In this document: positions 44,282 through 55,367 of the stretch, in pieces
Position numbering within the stretch: position 1 is the stretch's first letter
Layout: each line of letters begins with the position of its first letter
From: a virus
Taxonomy: Duplodnaviria; Caudoviricetes
Virus record (IMG/VR): IMGVR_UViG_2595698755_000001
Location: 64,001 to 128,000 of that record
Direction: 5' to 3' (one strand)
DNA length: 64,000 nucleotides
Position numbers and translations under genes: made by a program
Notes under the pieces: generated by a model
Seen by the model: only the letters and a program-made list of their open reading frames with translations
The model's database searches: none
What the model was told of the DNA's origin: nothing

Positions 44282-46999
44282 TTATATTTCCCCTTTATTT
44301 GTTTTTAAAATTTGAATTTCCTTTTTAAGTTCTGCGATTTCTTGGTGAAAATATCTGATATCAATATCATGCTCTTGTAAACCTTTAAATGCTAGAGTAG
44401 ACATACCGTATGCATCAACTGTGTCCCCATTTGCCCCAACAAGAATTTTTGGTGCTTCTTCTGCAATAAGACCAATTTTAACTGTTCCATGTTCGTCTTC
44501 TTTATATGTATATGTTTTTGCTACTGTTGAGTTTATGACTTCCATTGCACTTTCTTCAAAGATTTCAATGTTATCTTTAAACTCTCTTGAGGATGCATTG
44601 TTTAAGTTTCCTGCAAGTTCACACCAGTTTGTGTTTCCAGAGTTTCTTGCTTCTAATCGTCCTGCTCCTGTGTACCATTTAAGGATACCTCCATCATTAC
44701 CAAACTGGATACATCTTCCTGTGTAATTCTCATGTGTATAAAATGAGATAAACTTATGACCATCATGATAAAAATCATGACCATTAGTATAAGAACGATA
44801 TTCTGTTGGCATAGTCGCTCCTTTGCCAATTGGAGTGATAAATCTAGTTCTACCATCTGCATCAAGAACACCCCAAGTATTACCACTACCTGCACCAGAT
44901 TGACCCCTAATATTTCCATAGCTATCGAAGTAAACTCCACCACTACTCAATGAGTATAAATCCCCTCCAAGTCGCAAGTTTGCTGTGCCTGTGAACTGAT
45001 AGAAGATATTGTAGTCATTCATTCTCATTGCGTAATCTAAAATACCAAAAGTGCTATAGTCGGCACTGTTTGTAGAACCTGCTGTTTTATTTGTTCGTAA
45101 GAAGTTTAATCCTTGACCTACTGATTGCACTGGACTGCTAAAGTAGATAGAGTTAACTCCCATGAAATCTGAACCACCTGCATGTAATCCCCATTTACCT
45201 TGTGCTATCCATTGGCTTCCTTTAAGTTTAACAACACCATCAACATCTAAATCTCCTGCAATCTCTAAAGCGTTGTTTGCAGATGTTGGGAACTTGTTAA
45301 TACCAAGCGTTTTCTTCTCCCAGTCAATGAAGAAGATTGGAGAACCTGCACTTACTGTTCTAGTAATTGTTGTCGTTCCTAGTTTATCAGTTACTTTAAT
45401 TTCTAATGTCCAAGCTTTAGTATTGTCTAAGTTCTTTGTCAATGTTGTACATGCATATGTAGGAACTGTATTAGCAAATACAAAGTTTTCCCATGCTGTA
45501 AATGTTCCACCGATTGTCTCTTTATATCTCAACTGAACTGATGATACAGCGTTCTTTCCATTTAGACTTGACATTGCACCACTACAAGGAATCGTAGTTG
45601 ATGTTTCAAAGTTGTTTCTACGAACAACATCTGATGTTACTGTTGGAAGTGAATATGGAAGAACTGTTACAGTCTTGGAAATTGACGTTGAAAGACCACG
45701 ACTATCAACTGCCTTTACAGTTAAAGTAGAATTTGCACCTGCACTTACTGTTCCAAAATCAAGTGTCATTGTTGCTGTGGCTGAGTGAGCAACCCTTTTC
45801 TCCACACCGTTTAATGTTGCTACATATTCAACCATACTTGAATAATCTTGTGCTGTTGCTTTGTTTCCTGTTAGGATTTCAACTTGAACTGTAGACTTTC
45901 CTTGAATAACATGTTGATTGTTAGTTGTAATAGCTACTGTTGTTGCATTCGTATCTTTATATGTATAGTTGCCTGCAAACACTGGTGGTCTTGCCTTAGC
46001 ACCTGCGTATGCAGTATACCCAGAAGCGATGTCTGCCCAAACCTGTGTGTTACCCCAGTATGATGTAACATATGCTTCACCATAACCAGATGTAGCATTT
46101 GGAATTTTTGCAAGCATTGCATTTACTTCTGCATCTGTCCAAGTAACAGTAGATGCACCTGCACTTACATTTGTTAATGTTTTAATTAGCGTACCGCCAA
46201 AGTAAAACTTAACTGTGTGTTTTAATTTGCCAAGATTACTAATATTAATCGGCAAGTTAGCACCAAAGGTGAAACTATTAAAGGTAATTACTCCACCACC
46301 GACATTGTAACAAGTTCCATAGTAATCCTTTTCACCAATGTATTGACCATACTTAAATGTCTGAACATTGATTCTTGTTTGTTTTGTTCCTGCTTTATTC
46401 AACTTCTGGAATATTAATTCAATCTCTCCATCTGTGAAGTCGAATCTACCACCTGTTGTGATACCGTTCAACTCTTTGATTTGTGTGCCATCAACCCAGA
46501 GTCTAACCTTATGGTCAAACTCTGATGATGCTCTTGCAATCGCAAAATCATGTGAATATCCAACTGTGAAATCTGGTGCAGTCGTTAATGATGATGCACG
46601 TGGAATTGTATCTAGAGTCACTGTTTGACTTGTGTTTACTGATGCTACGTAAGAGCCATTCAGAGTAACCGCAATGTCAAATACACCTCTAATATCTAAC
46701 GATTTCGTACCATCCGAATTATGAGGAACTACAACCTCATGCCAAAAGATAAATTTCTTTTGGTTACCACTAAGTGAAGCAAGACCTGCACCACTACCAC
46801 CAGAGAACGCTCCATTAATCGTTAGTGAAACGTTTTTAGTTGCACTAGAGTTAATAGTCCAAGACGAACCTTTACTGATTAAGTAAAGGTCTGCCCGAAC
46901 TGTGCTTGTATTATTGGCAATATTTTGTGATGCCCACCAATCAACTTGTAAGCGATATCCACCACTAAAATCTGTACCAAAACTTCCGCTTAAAGCCAT
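44282..46999 (-). CDS. Receptor-binding/tail fibre protein (DUF859-like N-terminus, C-terminal S74 intramolecular chaperone)
   Basis: SQNIANNTSTV, HNSDGTKS and LDTIPRAS motifs; SSREFKDNI...IGLIAEE...coiled coil. Confidence 0.8.
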   Translation of the reverse strand: MALSGSFGTDFSGGYRLQVDWWASQNIANNTSTVRADLYLISKGSSWTINSSATKNVSLTINGAFSGGSGAGLASLSGNQKKFIFWHEVVVPHNSDGTKSLDIRGVFDIAVTLNGSYVASVNTSQTVTLDTIPRASSLTTAPDFTVGYSHDFAIARASSEFDHKVRLWVDGTQIKELNGITTGGRFDFTDGEIELIFQKLNKAGTKQTRINVQTFKYGQYIGEKDYYGTCYNVGGGVITFNSFTFGANLPINISNLGKLKHTVKFYFGGTLIKTLTNVSAGASTVTWTDAEVNAMLAKIPNATSGYGEAYVTSYWGNTQVWADIASGYTAYAGAKARPPVFAGNYTYKDTNATTVAITTNNQHVIQGKSTVQVEILTGNKATAQDYSSMVEYVATLNGVEKRVAHSATATMTLDFGTVSAGANSTLTVKAVDSRGLSTSISKTVTVLPYSLPTVTSDVVRRNNFETSTTIPCSGAMSSLNGKNAVSSVQLRYKETIGGTFTAWENFVFANTVPTYACTTLTKNLDNTKAWTLEIKVTDKLGTTTITRTVSAGSPIFFIDWEKKTLGINKFPTSANNALEIAGDLDVDGVVKLKGSQWIAQGKWGLHAGGSDFMGVNSIYFSSPVQSVGQGLNFLRTNKTAGSTNSADYSTFGILDYAMRMNDYNIFYQFTGTANLRLGGDLYSLSSGGVYFDSYGNIRGQSGAGSGNTWGVLDADGRTRFITPIGKGATMPTEYRSYTNGHDFYHDGHKFISFYTHENYTGRCIQFGNDGGILKWYTGAGRLEARNSGNTNWCELAGNLNNASSREFKDNIEIFEESAMEVINSTVAKTYTYKEDEHGTVKIGLIAEEAPKILVGANGDTVDAYGMSTLAFKGLQEHDIDIRYFHQEIAELKKEIQILKTNKGEI

Positions 47000-47022
47000 T
47001 TATATCTTCTCCTTTTTCTCTA

Positions 47023-50000
47023 TTAATCTAGATTTTGAACGAATGCCCAACCTTTATTTGAAGTGGATTCAATTTTAATAATCTTAATTCCACCCATCGT
47101 AAATTCATCTTTTGCTCTGAATTTTTTAGAAACTGTTTCATCTTCTTGAAGATAGAATACTTTTTCATATGTTCCGTCACCATCTAAATCATAGTAACCT
47201 GCAAATTCTTGAGGTGTGATTTGTGTATAACCTCTATCTACTCCATTAACAATCTGAGAAACTTTAATACCGTTCATATCCATACGAATATTAGTATTGT
47301 ATATTTCACCCGTAGCCATTGACCATTGAAGAGGTACGTCACCAATATTGAACATCAATCCAGAAACAGTTGCATCTGCTAATTTTTCTGCGTAAATTCG
47401 AATCGTTACTACGTTGGATTTAGGTGTATAAACATAGCTATTCTTTTCAAATCCTTTTGTTGTAAATTCACTATTATACTTATAGCTTGCTAAAGTTGTA
47501 GCACCTTCCAAAATTTGCACCCACATTACACCATCATTGTTTGTTGATGGAGATGCATTTGTTTTATTCATATACCATGATAATGTATATGGTTGACCTG
47601 CTGTTACATAAACATCTTGCTTAATATGACTAGCACCTGCTGATGGGAAGAAGTAGAATCCTTTACCAAACCCTAAAGAATCTAGTGCATTATTCCCTAC
47701 AGTTTTCATGTATGTTGGTGAAACCTGTGACCAAAAACTAAAGTCTGCATATCCAACAGAGTTTTTAATTAAGTTTACTCCACCTCCTGCTTGGAATTTC
47801 GTAGTAATGTCATTGATGGTTTGTGTCATTTCTGATTTCACTACGAATGGTGTAAAGTCAATACTACCAACTTTTTCATCTGCATATTTATTAGCATCTT
47901 GTTTTGCTTGGTCTAGCTGTCCAGTTGTTGCATATCCCTTTAAGTCTTCTGAGTTAGCTTTAGCGCCTAAATCATTCTTGTAAGAAGTAGATTGTGTAAC
48001 TGTGTTGATAATGGCATTATCTGTAATCTTCTCTTCTGCTGATGAAACTCTGTCTGCAAGATTGTACAAGAATGAATCTGTATCCTCTGGAGCAGGTGTC
48101 CAATCTGTGTATCGTGTTCCTTCTTCAATCTTTACATTTCTAACCCACATTGAACCTTCCATCGTGCTGAAATATCCATATACATATAATGATAACGCTT
48201 TTGTTAAATCCCATTTATTGTTAATTGTAAATGTATGATATTTTCTTTCCCATACATTAGCAATCGTACAAGGCTGTAAATTCCATTGATATCCAAAGAA
48301 TCCTTGTGTTGCGTTTCCTGTCTCATAGTGATGGAATCCAACGTTTACGACCATTCCTACTGTGTCTGCCATTGCTTCAAGACTAATAGTGTAAGTTTTC
48401 CCAACTGCTAAACTCTGACAGAATGGGTCTGTTAACAGTATACTGTTAGACATCCCTAACCATCTGTGAAGACCACTGACATTAGGAGTTACAGATGTAT
48501 CAACTAAATTGCTATTTCTATCTATAAGTTCTAACACAGGATATCCAAATTTATCAACATTTAGATGAGCATGATATCCTTGTGTTGGGAATGGTTTAAC
48601 TCCTGCGTTATATCCATTACTCCACCATCCATCGGGTACGATGTTACCGTTTAAATCTTTATCCCATCCTAAAGTATCATTTGTTTTATATTTAGCAAAA
48701 TTTGAATTTCTTAAAAGATTTCTCATACCGAACTGTACAGCATTTAAAATTGCTCTCTCTAAGATTACTTTTTTATCATTATAGTCTTTAAAATAACTAC
48801 GCATGATAGTTGTAGTCTTAGGTTCAATAGATGCTGTTAATGTTGTTGTCGTTGTTAAGTCTGACAAGTGAGGTGTTAAAGATGATGTTAATTTATTATA
48901 TGCAGTGATATATGCATCTTTTTCTGTAGTCACACCATACTCATTTGCTTTTGCTTCATATGTTGCTTTTTCTGCAATAATCATATCAATTTCAGTTTTA
49001 AGAGTTTTCTTTTCTACTGGTGTAATCTTATCATCTGCAACAATGTTGTCAAATGATACTTGTGATTCATAAGCTTTGATTTCTTCTGATGTTGCAGGTC
49101 TTGAAATTACAGAATCAATATAAATTGTCTTTGCAGGTTTAGTTGCATCAAATGCACCATAACTACCCATAGCATACAATCTATATCCACCAAAGTCTGA
49201 CAATGCACCAACTTTGAACACTGTAGAAACTGTGTACCACTTATTCAATGTTGGACTTGCTACTGCATCTGAAAACTTGAATCTACCTTCGAATGCACTT
49301 TGTGCTCCATCGGCTTTTAAGTATCTAAATAGAATACCTGCACCATTGATAGAACCACTTTCTAATTTGAATGTTGACTCGACATACATATACTGGTAAT
49401 ATGGTTTATTTAAGTATCCGTCACCGCTTAAATAGCTTTCTGCTCCTAGAGCATTTGTATATTTAACTGATTTACCATTACCATTTTCTGATGCCACTTT
49501 TACGACTGCTGTTCCGACATTACCATTGAATCCAACAGGATATGTTCCTGTCCAATCAGCAAAGTTGTAGTTTTTATTAATATATGCAGATTCACTAGAA
49601 GTTGCTTTGTCAATACTTTCTCCAACTTTACTTGTAAATGTTTGATGACTCGTTACTGTAGATGTGATATTATCTGGTTGAACTGCAAATTCAGTTTTAT
49701 AGATTTTCTGTTCTAAATCGAATGGTGAAACAGACCAATCACTTGCTCTATTACCAAATTCAATTTTAATACCTGTAGTCCAGAACTCACCTGTACATCC
49801 TTCTAATCCATGTTTAAATGAAATCTTAGTAAGTTTTGTTGCATTTGAAGGTAGTGACAGTTTAACTGTTGCACTGTATTTCACCCATGTCATATTAGTT
49901 CCTGTAATGTATGTGCTTTCACCAATTGTATTTGATGCAGTGAATCTAGGATATCTATAAAATTTTTGAGCACTAGCATTTTCACCTTCAATGATTAACT

Positions 50001-51453
50001 CGCCAAATCTACCTGCTTGATAACTGTTAGCACCTTGTACAATATTCTGATATTTTAACCAGAATTGAATAGTTACTTCTCTGTCTACTAACTCTTCACA
50101 AGCTTTTCCACTCCATAATTGAGGGCTGAAAATACCACCGTTAGCCCCTACAGGTGTATTGTTTTTTACATGATATGCAAACTTAAAAGGTGGGGCTTCT
50201 GCTGAGATATCAACAATTTCTTTAACACTACCTGAACTACTATTAGAAGAATACGAATCTTTCCATAATCCTTCTGTCAAAGGAATTTCAAAATTACCAT
50301 TACTAGCATGATTCATTTTTACTGGATTATAACTTTCATCACTTGTTACCTGTGATGTATAAGTAGCTAAATCATTTAATGCATTATACAGATTCAACCA
50401 GTTAGTTCTAAATGTTGCTTTTGCAACTGTAATAACTTTATCTTTATTTCCTATAGAGACATCCCAAGGTCTTAAAGTAGCATTTGATGCATCCTTTAAT
50501 CCTTCAAGATAATTCTTTAAAGTTGTATATGTACTTTCTACTGTTGTATATTTTATGTGAGTCGAAGGAATACCTACTTGGATTGCTTGTCTTCGAACAG
50601 TGAAAACTAAACCCTTACCACTTGAATCTAAAGTTCCAATTGCAGGTAAAGTTCCTGTGTCTGTAGTTGAAATTCCGATAAGACCTTCAACTTTCTCTTT
50701 AATTACTTGTCTCTCATTGTAATCAAGTAAGTTGTCGTTCGCCATGTTCCCTAAAGTTTCAGTGATATCTACAATAACTTCATGAGCATCTTCTGGTGCA
50801 GGTTGCCAATCTAAAGGAATATTTCCCTCTGTTAACTGGATGTTTTTCATCCACCATGTTTCGGGCATTGGACTTTTATAAATGAATGGTGTGAATAAAT
50901 ATGAAACTCCATCATTCTTTACTTTGAATCTTAAAATAATCTTGTGCCATTTATTAGCAACAAGTGTTCTTTGACCACCATCTACAGATATAAATCCATC
51001 AATACCTGTTTGACCAGTTAACCCAGAAACAGCAACCCATTCATGTAGTGGTGTACTTGAACTTAATACCATATCTGTATCAAACATAATTTCCGTACTA
51101 TATACATATTCCTTGCCATTATTAACAGGAACACTTACAGTACCTTTTACCGAACCTGTAGCGGATAAACAAGGGAATCCATCCTTGTTAACAACGTTAA
51201 GATTCGTACCGCCATTGTTTGTAGTCCAACCATTTGTAGTAACGAATAGACCACTATATCTTAGTAAGTTTCTTCCACCCACTAAAACATTTGATGATTT
51301 TTGCCAATCACCATTTTGATAGACATACAATTGCGCTTCTGTTGTACTCCACCATAATTGACCCTCTACTGGGTTTGATGGTTTAGTTGCAGAAACAAGA
51401 ACATCGTTCATATCTACTAAGGTCATCTGACCTGTACCAACAATATTTGGCAT
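47023..51453 (-). CDS. Large tail fibre/spike protein with repeated carbohydrate-binding-like modules
   Basis: Repeats GGRNLL/GMRNLL/GGVNLI and E.G....DW..APED; beta-rich C-terminus typical of siphophage tail spikes. Confidence 0.8.
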   Translation of the reverse strand: MPNIVGTGQMTLVDMNDVLVSATKPSNPVEGQLWWSTTEAQLYVYQNGDWQKSSNVLVGGRNLLRYSGLFVTTNGWTTNNGGTNLNVVNKDGFPCLSATGSVKGTVSVPVNNGKEYVYSTEIMFDTDMVLSSSTPLHEWVAVSGLTGQTGIDGFISVDGGQRTLVANKWHKIILRFKVKNDGVSYLFTPFIYKSPMPETWWMKNIQLTEGNIPLDWQPAPEDAHEVIVDITETLGNMANDNLLDYNERQVIKEKVEGLIGISTTDTGTLPAIGTLDSSGKGLVFTVRRQAIQVGIPSTHIKYTTVESTYTTLKNYLEGLKDASNATLRPWDVSIGNKDKVITVAKATFRTNWLNLYNALNDLATYTSQVTSDESYNPVKMNHASNGNFEIPLTEGLWKDSYSSNSSSGSVKEIVDISAEAPPFKFAYHVKNNTPVGANGGIFSPQLWSGKACEELVDREVTIQFWLKYQNIVQGANSYQAGRFGELIIEGENASAQKFYRYPRFTASNTIGESTYITGTNMTWVKYSATVKLSLPSNATKLTKISFKHGLEGCTGEFWTTGIKIEFGNRASDWSVSPFDLEQKIYKTEFAVQPDNITSTVTSHQTFTSKVGESIDKATSSESAYINKNYNFADWTGTYPVGFNGNVGTAVVKVASENGNGKSVKYTNALGAESYLSGDGYLNKPYYQYMYVESTFKLESGSINGAGILFRYLKADGAQSAFEGRFKFSDAVASPTLNKWYTVSTVFKVGALSDFGGYRLYAMGSYGAFDATKPAKTIYIDSVISRPATSEEIKAYESQVSFDNIVADDKITPVEKKTLKTEIDMIIAEKATYEAKANEYGVTTEKDAYITAYNKLTSSLTPHLSDLTTTTTLTASIEPKTTTIMRSYFKDYNDKKVILERAILNAVQFGMRNLLRNSNFAKYKTNDTLGWDKDLNGNIVPDGWWSNGYNAGVKPFPTQGYHAHLNVDKFGYPVLELIDRNSNLVDTSVTPNVSGLHRWLGMSNSILLTDPFCQSLAVGKTYTISLEAMADTVGMVVNVGFHHYETGNATQGFFGYQWNLQPCTIANVWERKYHTFTINNKWDLTKALSLYVYGYFSTMEGSMWVRNVKIEEGTRYTDWTPAPEDTDSFLYNLADRVSSAEEKITDNAIINTVTQSTSYKNDLGAKANSEDLKGYATTGQLDQAKQDANKYADEKVGSIDFTPFVVKSEMTQTINDITTKFQAGGGVNLIKNSVGYADFSFWSQVSPTYMKTVGNNALDSLGFGKGFYFFPSAGASHIKQDVYVTAGQPYTLSWYMNKTNASPSTNNDGVMWVQILEGATTLASYKYNSEFTTKGFEKNSYVYTPKSNVVTIRIYAEKLADATVSGLMFNIGDVPLQWSMATGEIYNTNIRMDMNGIKVSQIVNGVDRGYTQITPQEFAGYYDLDGDGTYEKVFYLQEDETVSKKFRAKDEFTMGGIKIIKIESTSNKGWAFVQNLD

Positions 51454-51487
51454 TTAAATCCACTCCTAATTTCCTTTTATCCAAACA

Positions 51488-51514
51488 AAGAGTCTTACTA
51501 AACGCAAGACTCTT
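51488..51514 (-). terminator. Hairpin between the 364-aa and 1476-aa genes
   Basis: Minus strand AAGAGTCTTGC-gttta-GTAAGACTCTT-TGTTT. Confidence 0.6.
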
Positions 51515-51531
51515 AAACTTTCCATATTTTT

Positions 51532-51560
51532 ATTATACCATTATTTTTGATTTTTGTCAA
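51532..51560 (-). promoter_or_regulatory. sigmaA-type promoter, family member
   Basis: Minus strand TTGACA-aaaatcaaaaataatgg-TATAAT. Confidence 0.85.
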
Positions 51561-51573
51561 ATAATATGTTATA

Positions 51574-52668
51574 TTATTTAGAAACTTCGCAAATAATATT
51601 TCCACGAACTGTAACATCTGCTCCATCAACAGTAATTGTTTTTCCTGTCTTGCTTCCAGTAGTATTCCAGTTTGCGATTTTGACATTATTATTGTCATAT
51701 AGATACCATGTGTATGTATATCCACCTGTACCTGCTGAGTCAATTTCTGCCCCACCTTGATAGATTTTAGCAGTTAGACTTGTAGTACCTACTCCATTTT
51801 TGAATGTGTTAATACCAACGATAGTAACCATGAATGGGTCTGATACGTCAATCACTGTACAAACATCTGCATATTTTTTAGTGCTGTAAGTCGCTACACA
51901 TTTGAATGATTCAACGTTTATGATTGCAGAAGCAGGAATTGTAATTGTTGCAGTTGTATAGCCAGTAACACCGTTAGCTGTCGCTGTATCCTTCATCAAC
52001 TTCCATCCGTTACCTCCATCTGCATCTCCACCAACAGTAGTTGTAGCTGTTGGGTCTTGGAAGTACCATTTGTATGTAACACCTGCTGATTGAACTGCTG
52101 AACCAACATATAAGTCACATGTTGCCTTTAAAGTACCATTAGCATTTTTAATAGTATTACCATCTGGTGTCCATACTGTAGCACGAATAGCATCTTGACC
52201 ATTTGTACCGTTAGTACCATTTGTACCATTCGTAATCTTAACAATCTCATATTCCGCTTTACTTGTTACTGTGAATCCTGTATCAGTATCTAAGAATTGC
52301 ATTTCACAAATATAAGTCATAGAGTTGTTGGATGCTAGAACGTTCCCTTTAATTGTAAGAGTTTTAGGTGTCCCAGTTCCTAAAGTGTAGTCTGTTGTAC
52401 TTGCTGTGATTTCAGTTGGTGTCCCAGTTGAATTAGTTTGTACGAACCATTTTGTAGAAGTAGCTTGGTTTGCCACATCTGTATTTGTTCCTGCTACGAA
52501 TAATTGCGGTGTCAAAACGTTATTCGCTGTTGTATAGTTAGGAACATATGTTGCTCCATTTGGATTATAAATTACTTGTCTTTGTTGCGATGAACCAATG
52601 AACATAATCAACTGCTTACTATCATTTAAATCCACCAATGTAAGTTGTCCACTTGCAACTATTGCCAT
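51574..52668 (-). CDS. Three-Ig-domain tail protein (putative fibre extension subunit)
   Basis: Three beta-rich repeats with Y.W.Y and F.C.V motifs; short (TNG)n linker. Confidence 0.7.
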   Translation of the reverse strand: MAIVASGQLTLVDLNDSKQLIMFIGSSQQRQVIYNPNGATYVPNYTTANNVLTPQLFVAGTNTDVANQATSTKWFVQTNSTGTPTEITASTTDYTLGTGTPKTLTIKGNVLASNNSMTYICEMQFLDTDTGFTVTSKAEYEIVKITNGTNGTNGTNGQDAIRATVWTPDGNTIKNANGTLKATCDLYVGSAVQSAGVTYKWYFQDPTATTTVGGDADGGNGWKLMKDTATANGVTGYTTATITIPASAIINVESFKCVATYSTKKYADVCTVIDVSDPFMVTIVGINTFKNGVGTTSLTAKIYQGGAEIDSAGTGGYTYTWYLYDNNNVKIANWNTTGSKTGKTITVDGADVTVRGNIICEVSK

Positions 52669-52687
52669 TTCAAATCATTCCTTTTTC

Positions 52688-55351
52688 TCAATCTTTATTA
52701 ATCTCGCACTTGAAAATAGCTTTCTGATTAACATCTACTGCTGTAACGCTAATCTTATTACCTACTCCTACATGTGCATTTGTCCATGCAGTATCAAGCA
52801 CTCCATCTTTGTCATATTTTGTCCAGATAAATCCAGAAGGTAGAATTGTGTCAGTGATTTCAGATTGTCCTCTAAATACTCTAGCTGTAATATCTGTATC
52901 AATTTGACCATTCTTGAACGTAAAACCTTTTGTCGAATGAAACTCAATTTTGTAAACAACATCGTTTTTAACTTCTTCAATATCAGTCTGGATTCCTTCT
53001 GCGATAGTTTTTGCATCTTTTGCAATCTGAGAAACCATAATGTCAATTTGCTTTTGAAGTTCTTCTTGAGCAGTGGAATAATTTTTCCATCTAGCATCAA
53101 ACATAGTTCTATCAATTCGTGTTGTAAATGCCATATTGGTAGGGTCTAATAATGGCTTGTCTCCATGTAATTGAACGAATAAATAGTCATACAATTCTGT
53201 ATATCTTGTATGGAAATCTGTAACGAATTGTAGTCCTTCTCCATCATTAGGGAATAGGTTATGAATTTTTTCTGTGTTTTTGTTATATGCTACTTCATAT
53301 TTGTCCCATTCAAGTTTTAACATCTTCTTCTCATATGCTGTAATCATGTTGTCATCTTTAAACTCATCAACAAAGTTAGATGAATCAATGAATTTGTTTC
53401 CATCAAATCTTCCACTAGATGATTCTAGAATAAACGCACTTGCATCAATTCTTACACCGTTTTTATCGAATGTGAATGTTCCTGCACTGTTTGTTAGAAT
53501 TAGATTTTCACCTGCGATGATTTGACCAATTAATCTTTCTGCAACGATTCCATCTGGCTTAATTGCTGTTTTCCATGTTTCACCTTTGTCTTGTGATAAG
53601 GCGATTACACCACTCTGGATAATAACTACTTCATTTGGATTATCGGGACTTGTAACAATCATCCCACGATTACCAATTTCGATAGAGTTATTAACCCCTG
53701 CGATGATTTTGTTTTTTGTTGCATCCCATTCACTAGTAACAATGTTACTAACTACATCTTCAATTTTGTTTACTTTGTCCCACTTATACTTATTAGCTTG
53801 AACAAGTGAAGATGCACTGGAATTGCTATATAATAATTGAACAAGTTTATCTGTGTCACTTAAAATATCTTTTGTGTTTGCCACTGTAATACTTGCTTCA
53901 TTATTTTCTAAGTCATATTTGATTTCAATAATCTTAGCCATATATTCAATCTTCATTTGTGGATATTTAACTTTAATTAAATCTCCTAATATCAATTTAT
54001 CCCAGTAATACTGTTCTTCAATGATATTCATAAGATTGTCAATAGTCACATCTATTACGACTTTTGGTTGTCTTAGTTCTTCAAATTTCTTGAGTCCATC
54101 TTGATATAATTCTTTTGCATCTATATATTTATCATCTACCCATTTTTTCTCAATGATGAATAGATTCAGTTCATCAAGAAGTTCTGGTGTGAATCCACTA
54201 CCTGTAGCAATTTGAGTTTGCAATGCATCAATCTGACTCTTATATGATTCTACTTTATTTTTGATGATATCATTTGCTTGTCGTTTTGCAGTAATCTGTG
54301 CTTCTTTATCACTCAACTCTAATTGACGTTGAGAAATTAGTGTCGCATTTTCTGTAGCTTTTGCAGTATCTAACAATCCCTGTATTGTTTTAAGTTGACC
54401 TTCTAGTTCTCGAAGTTCTGTTTCTCCTGTCAATAATAGAGTTTGTTGTGCTAACATATCATCTGTTAAACTTTTGATTTGTGGTGCTTTATCTGCAATC
54501 AGTATTTGTTGATTCAAGATAGCATGGCACAATTCATTAGACATAAAATAAGACTCTTTAATAACGTTCTTATTTACATCTCTTTCAAATGGATAAAGGA
54601 AGTAACTAAAGTCTTCAATGTAAGCTTGACCAGTAGGATTAACTCCATGAATACTTAATTCCTCACTACCATAAATATACAGTCTAGTTGTTAATTCATC
54701 TGTTGTTCTTGTTCTTTTGATAGACTGTAAAAATCTACCATAGTTTACTGTCATACCTTTAAATACACCATTCTTGGACATATCCTTAAATGATACTTTT
54801 CTAGTTACAGTATCCCAAACAATCAATGCACCGAATGTTTCTCCTGCTTGAATAATACAATCTAGAACGTTTGAATCTGTTCCAGAATCGAATGAACGAA
54901 ACATGACATCAAACATTGCATCCACTGTTCCAATCTTCCAAACTGTATTCTCAAGTAAATTGGTTAGTAGGTCTGTAGCATTAATTGCATCCTCTACATA
55001 ATCACTTACCTGTTTCCCCTTCAACTCATAACCCAAAGAAAAAGCCTTTACATTAAAAATATCTGAATCGTCACCGTCTTCTTCAATCTCATTAACAACA
55101 TACCATTCTATGTATGCTCCCATCGTTACTCTAATCAACATCATTTCCTTGATAGAATCAACGTGTGGGTTTGGCTCTTGGTCTTCAATGAAATGAGGAA
55201 TAGAGAAGCTTAATTCATTGATGTTTCCTAATTTAACAGACATCTCGCCACCGATTCTCTCATGAATGTGAGAAATGATTTGTTTATTAGGTTTTGCTAA
55301 ATGAAATTTAGCTTCTTGCAACCGTTTATTATAATCAATATCAATAAACAA
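52688..55351 (-). CDS. Tail tip/hub protein (Tal-like, prophage tail endopeptidase family)
   Basis: Follows Dit; ELSFSIP, W.IG.VD, TRLYIYG, LGD.I.V...I.EI.YD and WKTAI...GIVAE.LIG motifs. Confidence 0.8.
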   Translation of the reverse strand: MFIDIDYNKRLQEAKFHLAKPNKQIISHIHERIGGEMSVKLGNINELSFSIPHFIEDQEPNPHVDSIKEMMLIRVTMGAYIEWYVVNEIEEDGDDSDIFNVKAFSLGYELKGKQVSDYVEDAINATDLLTNLLENTVWKIGTVDAMFDVMFRSFDSGTDSNVLDCIIQAGETFGALIVWDTVTRKVSFKDMSKNGVFKGMTVNYGRFLQSIKRTRTTDELTTRLYIYGSEELSIHGVNPTGQAYIEDFSYFLYPFERDVNKNVIKESYFMSNELCHAILNQQILIADKAPQIKSLTDDMLAQQTLLLTGETELRELEGQLKTIQGLLDTAKATENATLISQRQLELSDKEAQITAKRQANDIIKNKVESYKSQIDALQTQIATGSGFTPELLDELNLFIIEKKWVDDKYIDAKELYQDGLKKFEELRQPKVVIDVTIDNLMNIIEEQYYWDKLILGDLIKVKYPQMKIEYMAKIIEIKYDLENNEASITVANTKDILSDTDKLVQLLYSNSSASSLVQANKYKWDKVNKIEDVVSNIVTSEWDATKNKIIAGVNNSIEIGNRGMIVTSPDNPNEVVIIQSGVIALSQDKGETWKTAIKPDGIVAERLIGQIIAGENLILTNSAGTFTFDKNGVRIDASAFILESSSGRFDGNKFIDSSNFVDEFKDDNMITAYEKKMLKLEWDKYEVAYNKNTEKIHNLFPNDGEGLQFVTDFHTRYTELYDYLFVQLHGDKPLLDPTNMAFTTRIDRTMFDARWKNYSTAQEELQKQIDIMVSQIAKDAKTIAEGIQTDIEEVKNDVVYKIEFHSTKGFTFKNGQIDTDITARVFRGQSEITDTILPSGFIWTKYDKDGVLDTAWTNAHVGVGNKISVTAVDVNQKAIFKCEINKD

Positions 55352-55367
55352 TCTCTATACCCCTCTC

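Noticed and set aside
44282-51453. Diversity-generating retroelement acting on tail fibres
   Set aside because: No reverse transcriptase, and I saw no near-identical template/variable repeat pair; the repeats are diverged protein modules.
52197-52232. (TNG)n collagen-like repeat in the 364-aa tail protein
   Set aside because: Only about four triplets; better read as a short interdomain linker.
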